Assembly: GCF_001194135.2 (NCBI RefSeq)
Contig: NC_068982.1
Coordinates: 39,398,828 to 39,462,827 of the forward strand
DNA from: Octopus bimaculoides
Taxonomy: Eukaryota
Direction: 5' to 3'
Length of the DNA stretch: 64,000 nt
The position numbers were made by a program, and so were the translations under genes. Under the pieces are notes generated by a model that saw only the letters and a program-made list of their open reading frames with translations, did no database searches and had not been told where the DNA came from. Shown piece by piece: positions 25,132-39,680 of the stretch; the first letter of the stretch is position 1; each line of letters starts with the position of its first letter.

Positions 25132-25855
25132 AGGCGCAGGCGAGATGTTTGGTAAGAAGGCGGCGAGCTGGCAGAACCGTTAGCACGCCGGGTGAAATGC
25201 TTAGCGGTATTTCGTCTGCCTTTACGTTCTGACTTCAAATTCCGCCGAGGTTGACTTTGCTTTTCATCCTTTCGGGGTCGATAAATTAAGTACCACTTAC
25301 GCACTGGGATCGATGTAATCGACTTAATCCCTTTGTCTGTCCTTGTTTGTCCTCTCTATGTTTAGGGGAAATAAAGAAATAAGAAGCTTGTTTCACAACC
25401 ACATAGTACCGGGTTCAGTCTCACTGCGTAGCACCTTGGGCAAGTGTCTTCTACTATAGCCTCGGGCCGACCAATACCTTGTGAGTGGATCTGATAGACG
25501 GAAATTGAAGTCCGTGTTATATATNNNNNNNNNNNNNNNNNNNNNNNNNNNNNNNNNNNNNNNNNNNNNNNNNNNNNNNNNNNNNNNNNNNNNNTATATA
25601 TATATATATATATATATATGCGGTGTGTGTGTGTGTGTGTATTTGTGTCCTTGTTTGTCCCCACGACCGACTGACAACCGGTGATGGTGTGTGTTCACTT
25701 TACCGTAATATAGCGGTTCGGCGAAAGGGACCGATAGAATAAGAACTAGGTCTTAAAGAAAAGTCCTGAGCTCGATTTGTTCGGCTAAAATCATTCAAGA
25801 CGGCGCCCCAGAATGGCTCCAGTGAAATGACTGAAACCAGTCAATGATAAAAGAT
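25132..25855 (+). mobile_element. SINE family A interrupted by a nested family B copy (about 25160-25379)
   Basis: Family A head stops at TAAGAAG 25153-25159 and resumes at TAAGAAG 25380-25386. Confidence 0.85.
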
Positions 25856-27014
25856 ATATACACTCAAAATTACATTATTCTTAACTGAAGAAAACAGTTT
25901 TATATAGTAATCTTACTTTTGTTGAGGAATATCATATTTGAAACTATTTTTTCGTTGAGATATGTCAAGTTTACTGAGACAACGTGAACTGCAGATATTA
26001 CCAATTCTATTTTTTTTTGGTAGACAGTTGTCATCATTAATGGAATAATCATGAAATTTAATCTCGCATTTAAAGAACTAAAGTAGTCATAAAGAAAATT
26101 TGGTAGCGTCTTTCAATAATAGAACTGAATAACTTTATTTTTCGTACTTGACTGATTGATGCCCACAAACCCAACTAAAAGACTATAATGTCACAGAAAT
26201 TTTGTTTAAGTGTTGCAGACTTTTACAAGTATATTGAATATAGTTAATATCTATAACGATATCTAAAGGCACAACATTTTCATTTCTAACCAGGAATATG
26301 CTGAAGGTCAACTATAGATTTATTTAATAAAATTCATGTTGCAGACTGGTACCTGGTGCAGTTGTAATATTGATGTTAACACAAGTTATTGACTTCGAGA
26401 ATCGTCATAAAAGTATAATAAATAGTATGGAAAATTTGAGCAAGCACCGAATCTCTACGTTTTGACTTGAGATTATGTGGAGGTCAGTTTGCTTTTCACC
26501 CCACCTGAATTAATAAAACAATGAACAAGATATGTACTAGATTCAATTTAGCTAACTATCAGCATCCACCACAAATTTATACCATTGTTCTGAACATTAA
26601 AATAGAAAACAATCAAAAGGGATGTATGAAAAATAATTTCTTTATAGATAACATGTTTTTTTATGTTCAGGAAAGCAAATTATTATACGTGATACATTGT
26701 ATCGTATTTGTACGGAGATCATAGAAACTATTTAAAGCTGAAACACCTGGGAGGCTAAAATACTTATTTTTCTAAAGGTAGGGTTATATATTCATGCTAA
26801 AATAAGAGATTTATGTAGATATCAAACAAAATATTTGATATGCACATAATGAAATTAAGAATGAATGGTTGTAAAATCGTATTTGAAAAGATGCTGAAGC
26901 TGTTGATGCAAATCGATATTTTCAATCCTGTTACTCCTACACATATCCTACAAAAGGTACACCAAATAGAAGACACATACACCCACACGCACGCACGCAC
27001 GAACGCGCACGCAC

Positions 27015-27057
<43 letters not shown>

Positions 27058-29340
27058 AGAACACATGCACACAGGCACATACACATATATGCTGAGTGTA
27101 TGTGGATATATGTATGCATAAATAAGTATGTAAGCAGTTGTTAATAAATATATACACATGCACATATACATCTATTTATGTATGTATGTATGTATGTATG
27201 TATGTATCTATCTATCTATCTATCTATTTATCTATTTATCTATCTATTTATCTATCTATCTAAGTATCTGTCTGTCTGCAGAAATTTTACATATACATCT
27301 ATCTATCAATCGTGCGTGTTTGTGTATGTGTGTGTGTGATTCATTTAGTTTACCGTCTATTCAGAAAGAAGAACATTCGGATTTGTAATGAGTGGAATAC
27401 ACTTCCATATGTCTATTTTGTAGAGCAGATTACACCGCAACGAAAAAAGTCCAAAAACCAATAACTATCTCATATACATGTTGGAATGATATTTGATTTA
27501 TTTGCATTGGAAAAATAAACTACAGAAAAAAAAAAACCGCTCTTAATTTCCACCTTCTGAAAATAATTTTATTAAACATTCCACTTCACTTGTATAATTC
27601 ATGCTGAATATATTGCTGGTCCCATTGATTTTTTTTCTTTCATATAACGCGGCTTCATCCTCAAATTTTAGTGGTGGTCTCTTTCCGATGCATAATTCTA
27701 CTTGTATCTTGCAGTTTTATTCCTTAGATCAAATATAGTTTTAGATGAATCTCCCTAAGACAACTTGGAAAAATTCCAATTAATAGTACAAGAAATAAAA
27801 CATATTATTGTCATAATCTGACAATGATTGAAAGAAATATATATCAATGCATTTCCAGTAATCGATTCTATCATATTTTCTAAGGACAATCCCGGTAGAT
27901 TTAATGTATGAACATCTCCTCATATACTACTCCTTTTATACTGTTAGCAGGGAAATTAGTTCTTGGATACATGTTAGAAAGCATCGTCTATAAATCTGGC
28001 ACTTTGGCTATGTGAAACTAAAAATGTATCCATTTAATAAGCTGAAAAAGAAAATTACTGTGACTGCAAATATCCCACTCAACATACACCTACTGCGTGT
28101 AAATATATATACATACATATACACACTCACACACACGCACACACGCGCACACATACATACATTCTTACATCCACCCATCCATCCATCCATACATACATAC
28201 ATACAGATAGATAGATAGATAGATAGACGCATATATATATATATATATATAAACACAAGCACACAAATATATACATATCTACATGCATAAGTACGTGAGT
28301 GTGGCAGGGTGCATTTCTTTTGATGAAACGCAAGCAACGTGCTTTTGCCATTGGTTATTTAATCATTATTAATATTGTCATAAAAGATGTTTACTCTCTA
28401 AAATTATGATATTAATATTAATTGTTGTAAGGTGTAAAAGCTTCTAATACTGATTTCAAACTATCGCCATATAGATCAATGTAGGAATTTAGTCAATTAA
28501 TTCAACGCCAATTTCTTATTCACAGTCATGCTAGTGCTGCTTATATATTTCATTAACAAATTTTTGATACTTCTGTGAATTATTTTAACTAATAAATTCG
28601 ACTTGGTTATGATATTAATTAAATATTACCGCTAGTAAAAATACATTTTCTAAAATGATAAAAGAAATTTGAAGGATTGCAGTGGTCCAAAAGGTTGGAT
28701 GTTTGACTCATGCTTGTAGAATATGTGGTTTCGTGTCCCACGGGCAGCTCTCGACTTTATCTGTTCAAAGTTTTCTTTTTTTTTAATCTAATATGTACAC
28801 TATATTATTTGTAGCTTTATCTACTTGGAGTTTCACCGTCCCAAATAAAATATTGCATTTTAGTTAGCGTATCATGTACTAAAGCTTAATATTGTTGCTG
28901 ATATTGTTTAGGTCCAGGTTAATGTTAGATCGAGCAGATTTATCATCAAAACCTTTCTAATGTTGACCATTTCATACTTTTATATATCCAGAACAAAATC
29001 TTCCAATGTATCCATTTTTCTAAAGATAGTAGGGTGTAATCTATTTCTTTCTGATCGATGTACCGCGTAAGAGTTCGTTCATTGACTCAAGATATCAATA
29101 TTGTTTTATTATTAGGTTTTGAATTGGTAAAAATTGTAAATTCACCATATCGTTTAGATTCGATGTTTTCATGCTTTGGATCTATTCCAAAACGCAGCCA
29201 GTCTTGTTTTGCAACCATCGGATACATACATACATACATACATACACACATGCATACATACATACGTACGTACATACGTACATACATACATACATACATA
29301 CATACATAAATGCATATATATATATGTGTATGTATATATA

Positions 29341-29839
29341 AATACAAAATGGGACAAGAACGCAAAACATCCAGACAGTTAAGTGATAGAAGAAATGGAC
29401 AAGAAAACATCCAGACAGACGATACAGAGAAAACAAGGACAGGTCATTCGGAGTTTTCTTTCCTCATTCGAGTTCCAGATTATCTTTGCAATTTCGGCTG
29501 GTTATACTCCAGATTGCTCCAATCTGGCTAGCCTCAAGGAAAAACTAAGCTAAGAGCATCAGATTCCTTGGAAGAAAGCAGCGAATGTGTACGAAAACAA
29601 GGACGAAAAGAAGGGAGAAAATTACATAAATACGAATAACAGGACTAAGGACAAATTAGATTAAGCCGGGGTGTGTGGAAGTAAACCTTACGGCAGGGAT
29701 ACAAATTTTCACAGGTACAGGGAAGAATATAGATGTTGCACAGACAACGGCCGAACCAAGAAAGAAAATCAGGCTTGGCCGAACGCCGGTGACGTGGGAA
29801 GAGAAGAGAGGTAGAGGCAGAGAGACAAAAGAAATAAGG

Positions 29840-29845
<6 letters not shown>
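29341..29845. repeat. Unclassified element-like segment bounded by (TA)n tracts, with internal direct repeats (AAAACATCCAGACAG x2)
   Basis: Purine-rich block with sharp microsatellite boundaries. Confidence 0.4.
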
Positions 29846-29880
<35 letters not shown>

Positions 29881-30115
29881 NNNNNNNNNNNNNNNNNNNN
29901 NNNNNNNNNNNNNNNNNNNNNNNNNNNNNNNNNNNNNNNNNNNNNNNNNNNNNNNNNNNNNNNNNNNNNNNNNNNNNNNNNNNNNNNNNNNNNNNNNNNN
30001 NNNNNNNNNNNNNNNNNNNNNNNNNNNNNNNNNNNNNNNNNNNNNNNNNNNNNNNNNNNNNNNNNNNNNNNNNNNNNNNNNNNNNNNNNNNNNNNNNNNN
30101 NNNNNNNNNNNNNNN

Positions 30116-30158
<43 letters not shown>

Positions 30159-30249
30159 ATTGTGAAAAACTAAGTTCTTTTATACTAATTCTATTATCTA
30201 CATGATATATCAAATTTGCAGCCAATATTACTTGACATATAAAGAGGAG

Positions 30250-30425
30250 AGTTAACAGAATCGTTAGCACGCCTTTGCGTTTTGTGTTCAAATTCTGTCG
30301 AAGTCGACTTTTCATTTCATCCTTTCAGGATCGATAAAATAAATACTAGTCGGGCACTGAGGACGATTTAATCGACTTACGCCCTGTCCGAAATTACCTA
30401 CCTTGTGCCAAAATTTAAAACCGAT
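30250..30425 (+). mobile_element. SINE family B, diverged
   Basis: AGAATCGTTAGCACGCC...CAAATTCTGTCGAAGTCGACTTTT...CTTGTGCCAAAATTTAAAACC. Confidence 0.75.
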
Positions 30426-32117
30426 TTTATTTTGCATATAAAAATACCTGAATACCGGTGGCTGACATAATCTTTTGAATGCTGGAAAAAATCATTCCAG
30501 TTTGAATTATGTATCTTTAACTTATTAGTTCTAAACCACCTTCAAACTTCTATGGGCTCGACAAATAGGTACGAGGGACACTTTGCATCTGTAGGTTACG
30601 TACATCTATTAGATGTTTATGATTTTATTGTTTAAATAGAATACATCTTTGTTTTCGGAGTACGTTTCAAATTCTGATGTGACTTTGATTCTTGTTTGAT
30701 CCAAGGTCACTTATACCATTAATGCCGCCGAGAACATCACGCATCATTAATTTTCTCTCATATATCGTACAGAGTTGTCGTGATTAGTTATAATGAAGTC
30801 AATATGATTGTATGAGTTCACAAGGTATACATGACCGAGCTAGCAAAGAATGAAGTTACATGCTTTTTCTGTAACATTCCATCTTAGTCGGTTCTCATTT
30901 AAAATATTGTCGAGTAGTCTGTTATTCATTCCTTTTCGCTTTATCAAAACAGATACCAGTAAGAAACAATTAGGAATAAGATGATTCACTATTTGCTTAG
31001 TCAATGTAAATCAAACACATATATTGTACAAATCATTAAATAATTAAGCTTTTGATGTTCCAAGTGTGCGTCGAGTTTTTTTTTTCCCGCAAGTCTCTGT
31101 AAAGCATGAATAATAGATATATCGCAGAAGAAAATTGTGTTTAACTCAATTTCATTCTTAGGATGTCTAGCTTATGTTTGTCGTTGTTGTTATTGTTACT
31201 TAGCTTCAGGTGAGCTGTAAGTGTGTGCCTTTATTTATATAAAAAAAAATTCCATTTTGTCTTATTTTCAGAGATTATATCGCGGGACTATACTATCGGA
31301 CGTGACCTTACTTTTTCTAAAATGATGAGATCTGATTCAAGGGAGATTTCACTGATATTTCTACTAAACCAAGCTACCGTGGAGTGATATATTCATTGCA
31401 TCGATTTTCATTGGATAACTCTTAAAATGAAAACACTTATGGCACACGTAGTTTCCAGAGTTATTATTTATTTATTTGTCCTATATCAATGATTAAGAAA
31501 AGTTATTAGGTTACTAGAACTCACCATTAACTGATAACATTTTAAATATATTTCTAAATTTATCTCTAATGCAAACAGAATCAGTGTCCCCTGCTGCGAG
31601 CACCATAAAGCAAGACTACATCTCCTAATGAGTGGAAAGGATCCATTTCATTTTCATTAAAAAAAACCAATTCCGTTCATTTTTTTAAGGCTTTCTCAGA
31701 GGTGGAAGAACTCTGTCTAGTTGAATAAACGAAGAAATATATGATCAGCCCGAACGTAACTCAAATGTTAAAAATTCAACTTCTTAAAACGTATGCAAGG
31801 AACCAGGTGGTGTTAATTAACTTTCTGATCGATAAGGGTCTGTTACATAAATTTATGTACCACCCAAACAGACTTTCTTCTAGTTGCTTGTCTAACCAAC
31901 TCTTTTCATTGAAAAGAGCTTGGCTGACCTTGAGGCAAAGATTGTGGATACGTTTTCAATGAGTTGAGCAGCGGACCTAACCTAGAACCATGTAATTGCG
32001 GAACTAATTTTTTAACCACACAGAGCACTATGATGTCATGCTCTTGGGTAATTCATGAATATTCTACAATATCATTTTCCTTGTTTGAAAGAAGGATTTT
32101 ATTAGAGACTTAAATAA

Positions 32118-32805
32118 GGTGGCGAGGTAGCAGAATTTTAGCACGCCGGCTTAAATGATTATTAGCGGCATTTTACCTGTCTTTACTTTCAAATTCTGTC
32201 AAGGTCGACTTTGCAATTCATTCTTTAAGGGTCAATAAAATAAGTACTACTCGAGCATTGGAGTCAGTTTAATGCACTATTTTTCCTCCCACAAAATTTC
32301 AGGTCTTGTGCCTATAGAAGAAAGACTGTTAGGGATTTATATGAAGGCGGCGACTTGATAGAATCGTCAGCACACCGGATAAAACGAGTAGCAGCGTTTC
32401 ACTCATCTTTACGTACTCGATTTAAGTTCTGCTGAAGTCGACTGTACCTTTCGTTCTTTGGGGGTCGATGAAATAAGTAATAGTCGAGTACTGAGTCAAT
32501 ATAATGGACTATTCCCCCTCCCCCCGAAAAAAAATTCTTGTCTTGTACCTATAGTAGAAAGATTATTAGGAATTTATATGAAGACGGTGAACTGGCAGAG
32601 TCGTTAGCACGCCGGACAAAATGCCTTGCGGCAGTTCATCCGGTTTTACGTATTAGAGCAAATACCTCCGAGTTTGATTTTGCCATTCATCCTTTCGGGG
32701 TGGGGGGGGGCAATGAAATAAGTACCAGATGAACAGTGGGGTTGATATAGTTGATTAGCCCAGTCCCCCAAAATGCAGGCCTTCCGTCTTATAATAGAAA
32801 CATAT
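32118..32805 (+). mobile_element. Head-to-tail trimer of SINE family B copies
   Basis: Copies start at about 32118, 32346 and 32583, linked by similar spacers (AAAGAyTrTTAGGrATTTATATGAAG). Confidence 0.8.
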
Positions 32806-33254
32806 TGATTTATATTGTTGAGAAACGTTAGTTTATAACAATGAATACACCTCTGACATGCAAAAAGAAAAACGTCAAATAAGTGAAATGAATTTTCGAT
32901 TGAGAGGACAGCAGTTTAAGTGTAATAGTATGTGTCAAACTGATGTCATTTAGAAACTAATTAATCTGTTTGTAATCTCCTGCCTGACCTTGTCCCATAT
33001 GAGAAAACAATACGGTCGAATGCTGATTTAGGTAAGCCACTGGCATGTCTTACACTTAAATACAAACACACACATTCTGACGTAAGTCACATTGTAGACA
33101 CATGTACACACACACATACACACATACTACATTCACACACACCACTGAAAACAAAGAGCCATAACTGTGAGTATGTATGTACACGTGCATGTGTATATTC
33201 ATGTATATGTGTATGTATGAATAACGCATAAATTAATGAATGATTGGCTCAATC

Positions 33255-33430
33255 TATCTATCTATATATATGTGTGTCTGTCTATCTGTCTGTTTGCCTG
33301 CCTGTCTATCTATCTGTCTGTCTGCCTGTCTGCCTGTCTGTCTGTCTGTCTGTCTGTCTGTCCATCTCTCTATCTGTATATCTTTCTATGTATGTATGTA
33401 TGTATGTATACATGTAAGTACTTCTCTCTG

Positions 33431-33525
<95 letters not shown>
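33255..33525. repeat. (TCTA/TCTG/TC)n compound microsatellite
   Basis: Directly visible. Confidence 0.9.
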
Positions 33526-34714
33526 GAAGTACATAGAGAAAATACATAAGGGAAATTACACACATACATGCAATCAATATGTGTGACTATGCGTATTTGA
33601 GTGATTGCATGCGTGTCTGAACACATGTTTCGGCTTTAATTTTCTAATTTTTACAATTTCGTAAATGTCAAATCTAATCTGTGATAGACCCATTTCAAAA
33701 ATCGTAATTAATCAATTATATTAAATTATCAATCAGTTGTGCGATTAGAAGTTATTAATATCAAATATTTCAATTTAAATAATTAATTCATAAATTCCCT
33801 TCATGTACATTGTATCCACGTATTAAAGTGGCTGCTGTTCGTGTTTATAAAATATAGCTGGTGTATTTCCCCTCGTTGTGACTAAATGAAATGTGTAAAG
33901 ACGTTGGAAAGTGAAATTCATCAGCAGGATGTAATTTCCGCCAAGTAAAACTTAATTCGGGTATCACGTGCAATCGAAGGAACGTTAGCGCGCATCTGCT
34001 AGAAATAGCAGTGAAATCCCCTCAACTCACAGTTTATTTTATCGAAAGACGAAGAGCTCATTGAATATGTACTGTGTCGAAAAATAAAACAAAACAAAAC
34101 AAGAAAAAAAAAACGATTTAGTGACAGAGAGTATATCTATGGTTCTTTATGTTAACGATTCCGAAAAAAAAAAATGAAAGACAAAATTAACCACAGCAGG
34201 ATTTGAGCTCAGAACGTAAAGGGCTGAAAGAAATGACGCTAAACATTTTATGCCATGCTCAACCATTCTCTCAGTGTCCGGAACAAAGACACTTCTGGCG
34301 CACTCCCCGGAATGACAAGCCAAAGGAAATTATGAACCCTCTCATACAGGGACCTGGAGTAAACTACTCCACCCGTTGCTGCTCCTGTGACTCTGATATA
34401 AACAAACATAATGACAATTCAAATAACAATATTACTGCCAGTTTTTCCTTTGGTTTTTGATTATTAATAATTTTAATTATATTTCCTGAATAAAACATCA
34501 GTTGTAATATCAGTATTGGCTTTTTTTAAAATTACAGACCTTATCATATTTCAGGCATGATGGGATGTCCTAACCGAAATCTGATTTACGCATAAAGTAA
34601 ATAAGTTACAGCGCACAGCATTTCAGTCTAAAGTAGTCATTTGAAGTTACAAGAGATAGCCTTATTCTGTTGCAATTGTATAACAATTTTTGCACTATTA
34701 TCAACTGCCCGAAC

Positions 34715-35110
34715 ACTTTGAAATCAACTTTGCGTTTTATCCTTTAGGGGTCGATAAAATAAACTACGCCTTAAATACTGGGGTTAATATAACTGACTTG
34801 CACCCCTCGGCTCAAAATTGCTGGTTTTGTGCTAAAAATTGAAAAGAGTGAAGCGGATGATTTGTCAGAATCGTTATCGGACTGGGTAAAATGTTTATCA
34901 GCACCTCTTCCGGCTTTTTATGTTCTGAGTTCAAATGCCGCTGCGGAGTCGATCAAATCAGAGTCAATTGAGTACTGGTGCCGATGTAATCCATTTGTTC
35001 TCTCTTGTCAAAACTGTTGGTCTTGCTGCAAAATTTGAAACAATTGAGGTGGAGAGCTTGTAAAATCGTTAGTTCGCCAGATAAAATCAGTACCAGTCAA
35101 GTAAAAGGAT
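34715..35110 (+). mobile_element. Cluster of 2-3 diverged SINE family B copies
   Basis: Repeated GGGGTCGATAAAAT, GTTCTGAGTTCAAATGCCG and CAAAATTTGAAAC segments. Confidence 0.7.
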
Positions 35111-35385
35111 CTAGGTAATCAAATTATTAACAATCCATGTAGAAGTAAGGATCACTACTTTACACTACTAGTTTAACAGCATTAAAGTATATAGTTTTGT
35201 ACTCTTCTATAACTACATCACGTCTTCCTTGGGTGGGTTTATTGGTCCTATTTATTGGTCTCATAATATATGTTGATCCTATAATAAGAAATCAATTTCT
35301 GTTATTATATAGAGAATACTATGATATTCACTTCACCCTACTTGGAAAACTTGGCAGAAGACTAATTAATAGTTAACAGGAGGCA

Positions 35386-35474
<89 letters not shown>

Positions 35475-35497
35475 GACTGACTGTCTGTCTGTCTACT

Positions 35498-35552
<55 letters not shown>

Positions 35553-35644
35553 NNNNNNNNNNNNNNNNNNNNNNNNNNNNNNNNNNNNNNNNNNNNNNNN
35601 NNNNNNNNNNNNNNNNNNNNNNNNNNNNNNNNNNNNNNNNNNNN

Positions 35645-35714
<70 letters not shown>

Positions 35715-35720
<6 letters not shown>

Positions 35721-35925
35721 AGCTGGAATTTACAGAAAAACAAAATACGATGACAGGTGTATAAACAGCAAACAGGTGTATTAGTTAACGCTCGAGAAGG
35801 TAAGAAGGTCTATTACGTTTCGAGCATACGCTCCCCAACAGAAAGGAACACGATGAAATAAACAGAGAGAATACAAACAATTTTGGAGCTAGCAGTCAGT
35901 CATGGCGGCTGGATGGACACAAGTA
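35715..35925 (-). mobile_element. Microsatellite-flanked element with a degenerate minimal hammerhead (35810-35845)
   Basis: Minus strand: CTTT CTGTTGG G GAGC-GTAT-GCTC GAAAC GTA ATAG; stem II perfect, core mutated. Confidence 0.45.
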
Positions 35926-36214
35926 GTTAGACAGGAGAGCTAGAAAGGAGGGATAATAAAGTATTGGTGATCCCAAAACGAAGGTGCGCGTGCGTGTAGA
36001 TAGGTGCTGGTGACTTTGACGTGTGGATGTGTATGTGTGTAAGTACGTGCATCTGCAATGTGTGGGTGTGTGGATGATGGTGTGGGTGCTGGGAAGTGGT
36101 CAATGCTAGTGTGTGCGGGATGGTGTGATGTGGTGTGGTGATGTGTGGTATGGCATGATGTAGTGTGATGGTGTGGCGTGGTGGTGTGTACTGTTGCAAT
36201 GTTATGGTGTGGGG

Positions 36215-36355
36215 ATGTGAGGGTGGGGTGTGGAGATGTGAAGGTGGGGTGTGCAGATGTGAGTGTGGGGTGAGGATATGTGAGGGTGGGGTGTGGAGAT
36301 GTGAGAGTGGGGTGTAGATATGTGAGGGTGGGGTGTGGGTTTGGGCTGTGGATGT
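36215..36355. repeat. About 20-bp G/T-rich minisatellite (GATGTGAGGGTGGGGTGTGGA-like) running into a gap
   Basis: At least 6 imperfect tandem units. Confidence 0.8.
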
Positions 36356-36974
36356 NNNNNNNNNNNNNNNNNNNNNNNNNNNNNNNNNNNNNNNNNNNNN
36401 NNNNNNNNNNNNNNNNNNNNNNNNNNNNNNNNNNNNNNNNNNNNNNNNNNNNNNNNNNNNNNNNNNNNNNNNNNNNNNNNNNNNNNNNNNNNNNNNNNNN
36501 NNNNNNNNNNNNNNNNNNNNNNNNNNNNNNNNNNNNNNNNNNNNNNNNNNNNNNNNNNNNNNNNNNNNNNNNNNNNNNNNNNNNNNNNNNNNNNNNNNNN
36601 NNNNNNNNNNNNNNNNNNNNNNNNNNNNNNNNNNNNNNNNNNNNNNNNNNNNNNNNNNNNNNNNNNNNNNNNNNNNNNNNNNNNNNNNNNNNNNNNNNNN
36701 NNNNNNNNNNNNNNNNNNNNNNNNNNNNNNNNNNNNNNNNNNNNNNNNNNNNNNNNNNNNNNNNNNNNNNNNNNNNNNNNNNNNNNNNNNNNNNNNNNNN
36801 NNNNNNNNNNNNNNTATATATATATATATATATTTATATATACGTATATATATATGTACACACACACATACACACACGCACAAACACACACACACACATA
36901 TATATATATACATAGATACATACAGATCGATCGATAGCTAGATAGATAGATAGATAAATATTGAAGGATATATA

Positions 36975-37160
36975 GGTATATGATATAATAGAAACGTATG
37001 TATACGATGGGCTTCTGCATAGTTTCTGTTTACCAAATTCCGCTTTTTACATATTGATTAGCCCGAGATTATAGTAAAAGCCACTCACCTAAGATGTCAC
37101 GCACTGTAGGGAGACCTGGAAACATATGTTTCCAAAACAAACTACTTAACCACACAGCCA
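36975..37160 (-). mobile_element. SINE family A 5' part, antisense, diverged
   Basis: ACGATGGGCTTCTGCATAGTTTCTGTTTACCAAATTCC...CTTAACCACACAGCCA. Confidence 0.65.
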
Positions 37161-39578
37161 TATAATTACATATAGAGTAAAGTATTAGCAGCCGTTTTTA
37201 TGAGAACAACGTGTCCTGTTTAACAATAGAGAGGCTTTGATGTTCTTGGTGTTCCAGGCTATTGCAATGCTACTTATCTAACACCTAATTTATGTTGAAG
37301 GTTCGATCGACATTTTCATCTAGTGTTTCATTTCTTTCGCCTAAGATACCAATGGAAACAGAACCTACCAATTGAAGTAATTTTCTCAAATAGCAATTGT
37401 TTGGAAATATTCCAATATATAGGAATATTTATACGAACAGTAAGATTACTACTTTCCGTTGAAACGCTTGTTTATTGTGTTATGTCTTCACAGATATCCA
37501 TATATTTGTGAAAATCAATGAAAGCTATATCTTCTTCAGTTGATTTTCGTTTTGCGTTTACATCTGTATTTTTTGTTTTACTTTCGTCGGGGCTACATGC
37601 ACACGTGATTTTGTTCGATGAAAAATACGTTTAATAATGACTGGAGAAACTTTAAATAATTAATACCACGTTAGTTAGATTGACTTATATGTCAGGCTTT
37701 TCTGGTTGGGCAAGGAGGTATGCTAACTGAGAGTACGTGTGTTCTTAAGTTAAAAATAGTCACTATCGATAGCATTATTCAGTTATCGAACCAGCAAGAG
37801 AGAAGGAGGAGGATGGAGAAAGCGAGACAAAGAAAGAGGAGGAAGAGGAGGAGAGAGGAAGAGAGAGAGAGGGAGAGAGAGAAAGAGAAAGAGAGAGAGA
37901 GAGCTTCTACGTGATCGTTCGACCTTCGAGAAATAAAAAAGTAAAAGCAGATCTCACTCAAATCAAACTTAGCCATCTTAATATAGCAAGGGCAAAGTGG
38001 ACAATGCAAATACATAAGTCTCTGATAAACAAGAACTATAGATGGTCATTGTTGAACTACTGACCTCTGGGCTAAACAACAACAACAACAACGACAACAC
38101 CAACAATTTCATTCTATCATATTGAAAAGTTTCTTCTTAAAATATAATCATATTCATTAGCGCAACTAGGATATCGACCCAGGTTGTTCTCAATTATTAA
38201 AATTGATCGACCATTAGCCGTCTAATTTGCGAAAAGCACAAAATTAAAATAAAAGTTAGATAATAATTATATTTGCATGGAGTTCTCCGTCTGAAGCTTC
38301 CCCCGTCCTCCCCTGTAGCTGCTGAGGTGAAATTCATGTTCTTTTTCTCTTCCCTCTGTCGTTCATTATTAGCCTGTCTGTTTAATCATTCTCTTACTAC
38401 TCTTTTTTTCTCTTTCATTGTTTGTCGCTTTCTACCTCTCATCCCCCTATCCATTTCTCTCTCTTTATATATAGCATATATGCAGACACATGCATACAAA
38501 CATACATGAACTTTCTTTAGTTAACAATAAAAAGAAACTCGTTATTTCTGTCATCGCATATCTAAAAATACAAACAAGCGAACGACCGACAACTATATTC
38601 AATAACATTCGATCTATACGTTTAAAGCAAGCAAAATCATATTCAACGCTTTTCAGCACTCATCCCGTTTACAAATAACAAAACTGTTTCGTTTATTACA
38701 TTGATTACATTTATTACATTGTTTCATTTATTACATCGACAAAACATGAAAGTAATAGTCGCATTATATGAATTTTCAGCTTTAAAACAATGTTCATAAC
38801 TTACTCTACAACTTTGTATTGAGTTCTTCGGACTCTTTTTTATATAATGTATATGGATAAGACATTTCTTACCACACTTCTCTCTCTCTCTCTTTCTCTC
38901 TGTACACAACACACATATGTATATACGTGCGTGTGTAATGCACATCACACATCTATCTATCTATCTATCTATCTATCTATATATATATATATATNNNNNN
39001 NNNNNNNNNNNNNNNNNNNNNNNNNNNNNNNNNNNNNNNNNNNNNNNNNNNNNNNNNNTATATATATACACGCGCGACTAGCGGAAGGCAGGGGGCTGAA
39101 TTAGATGCTAGAAGTGCATGTGCTGACACAGTACTGCTCCAGCTCTGTCATTAGCTCCTCAGAAGAACAAAGGTTGATAAATAACCCAAACTCGCTGTTC
39201 TGGATTCCGTTTTTATGTCCCTCTTTACCAGGTTTCTAAACTAGACCAATTTTTTTTTACTGCACGAAATATATTTGCTTCATAACATGCCAACTATGTG
39301 ATATTTTTTGCATGGAGAATCCGATCAAATCTTGAGAGACTTTTATAGAGCAGCTCCTACGTGTAGTATATAAATTTTGCTTAACGTACCCAGCAGCGCC
39401 TCAACGTCTGGTGTATAATTTTATGCCCTTAAACAACGTCTCCTGTATATTTTAGGAAGAACTGAACTTCGTTTATAATCACTTCGCTGAAACATTATGA
39501 CTTCTTGATATTCTTTTGTGATAGTAGATTCTACACACTCAAATACTTACCTCTGTGCTTTTCACTCTTCCCCGTTTG

Positions 39579-39680
<102 letters not shown>

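Noticed and set aside
31163-31304. ATG with a signal-peptide-like MSSLCLSLLLLLLSF, a donor and a 61-nt intron
   Set aside because: The spliced product stops after 26 codons, and the hydrophobic run derives from a (GTT)n-rich end of repeat family C.
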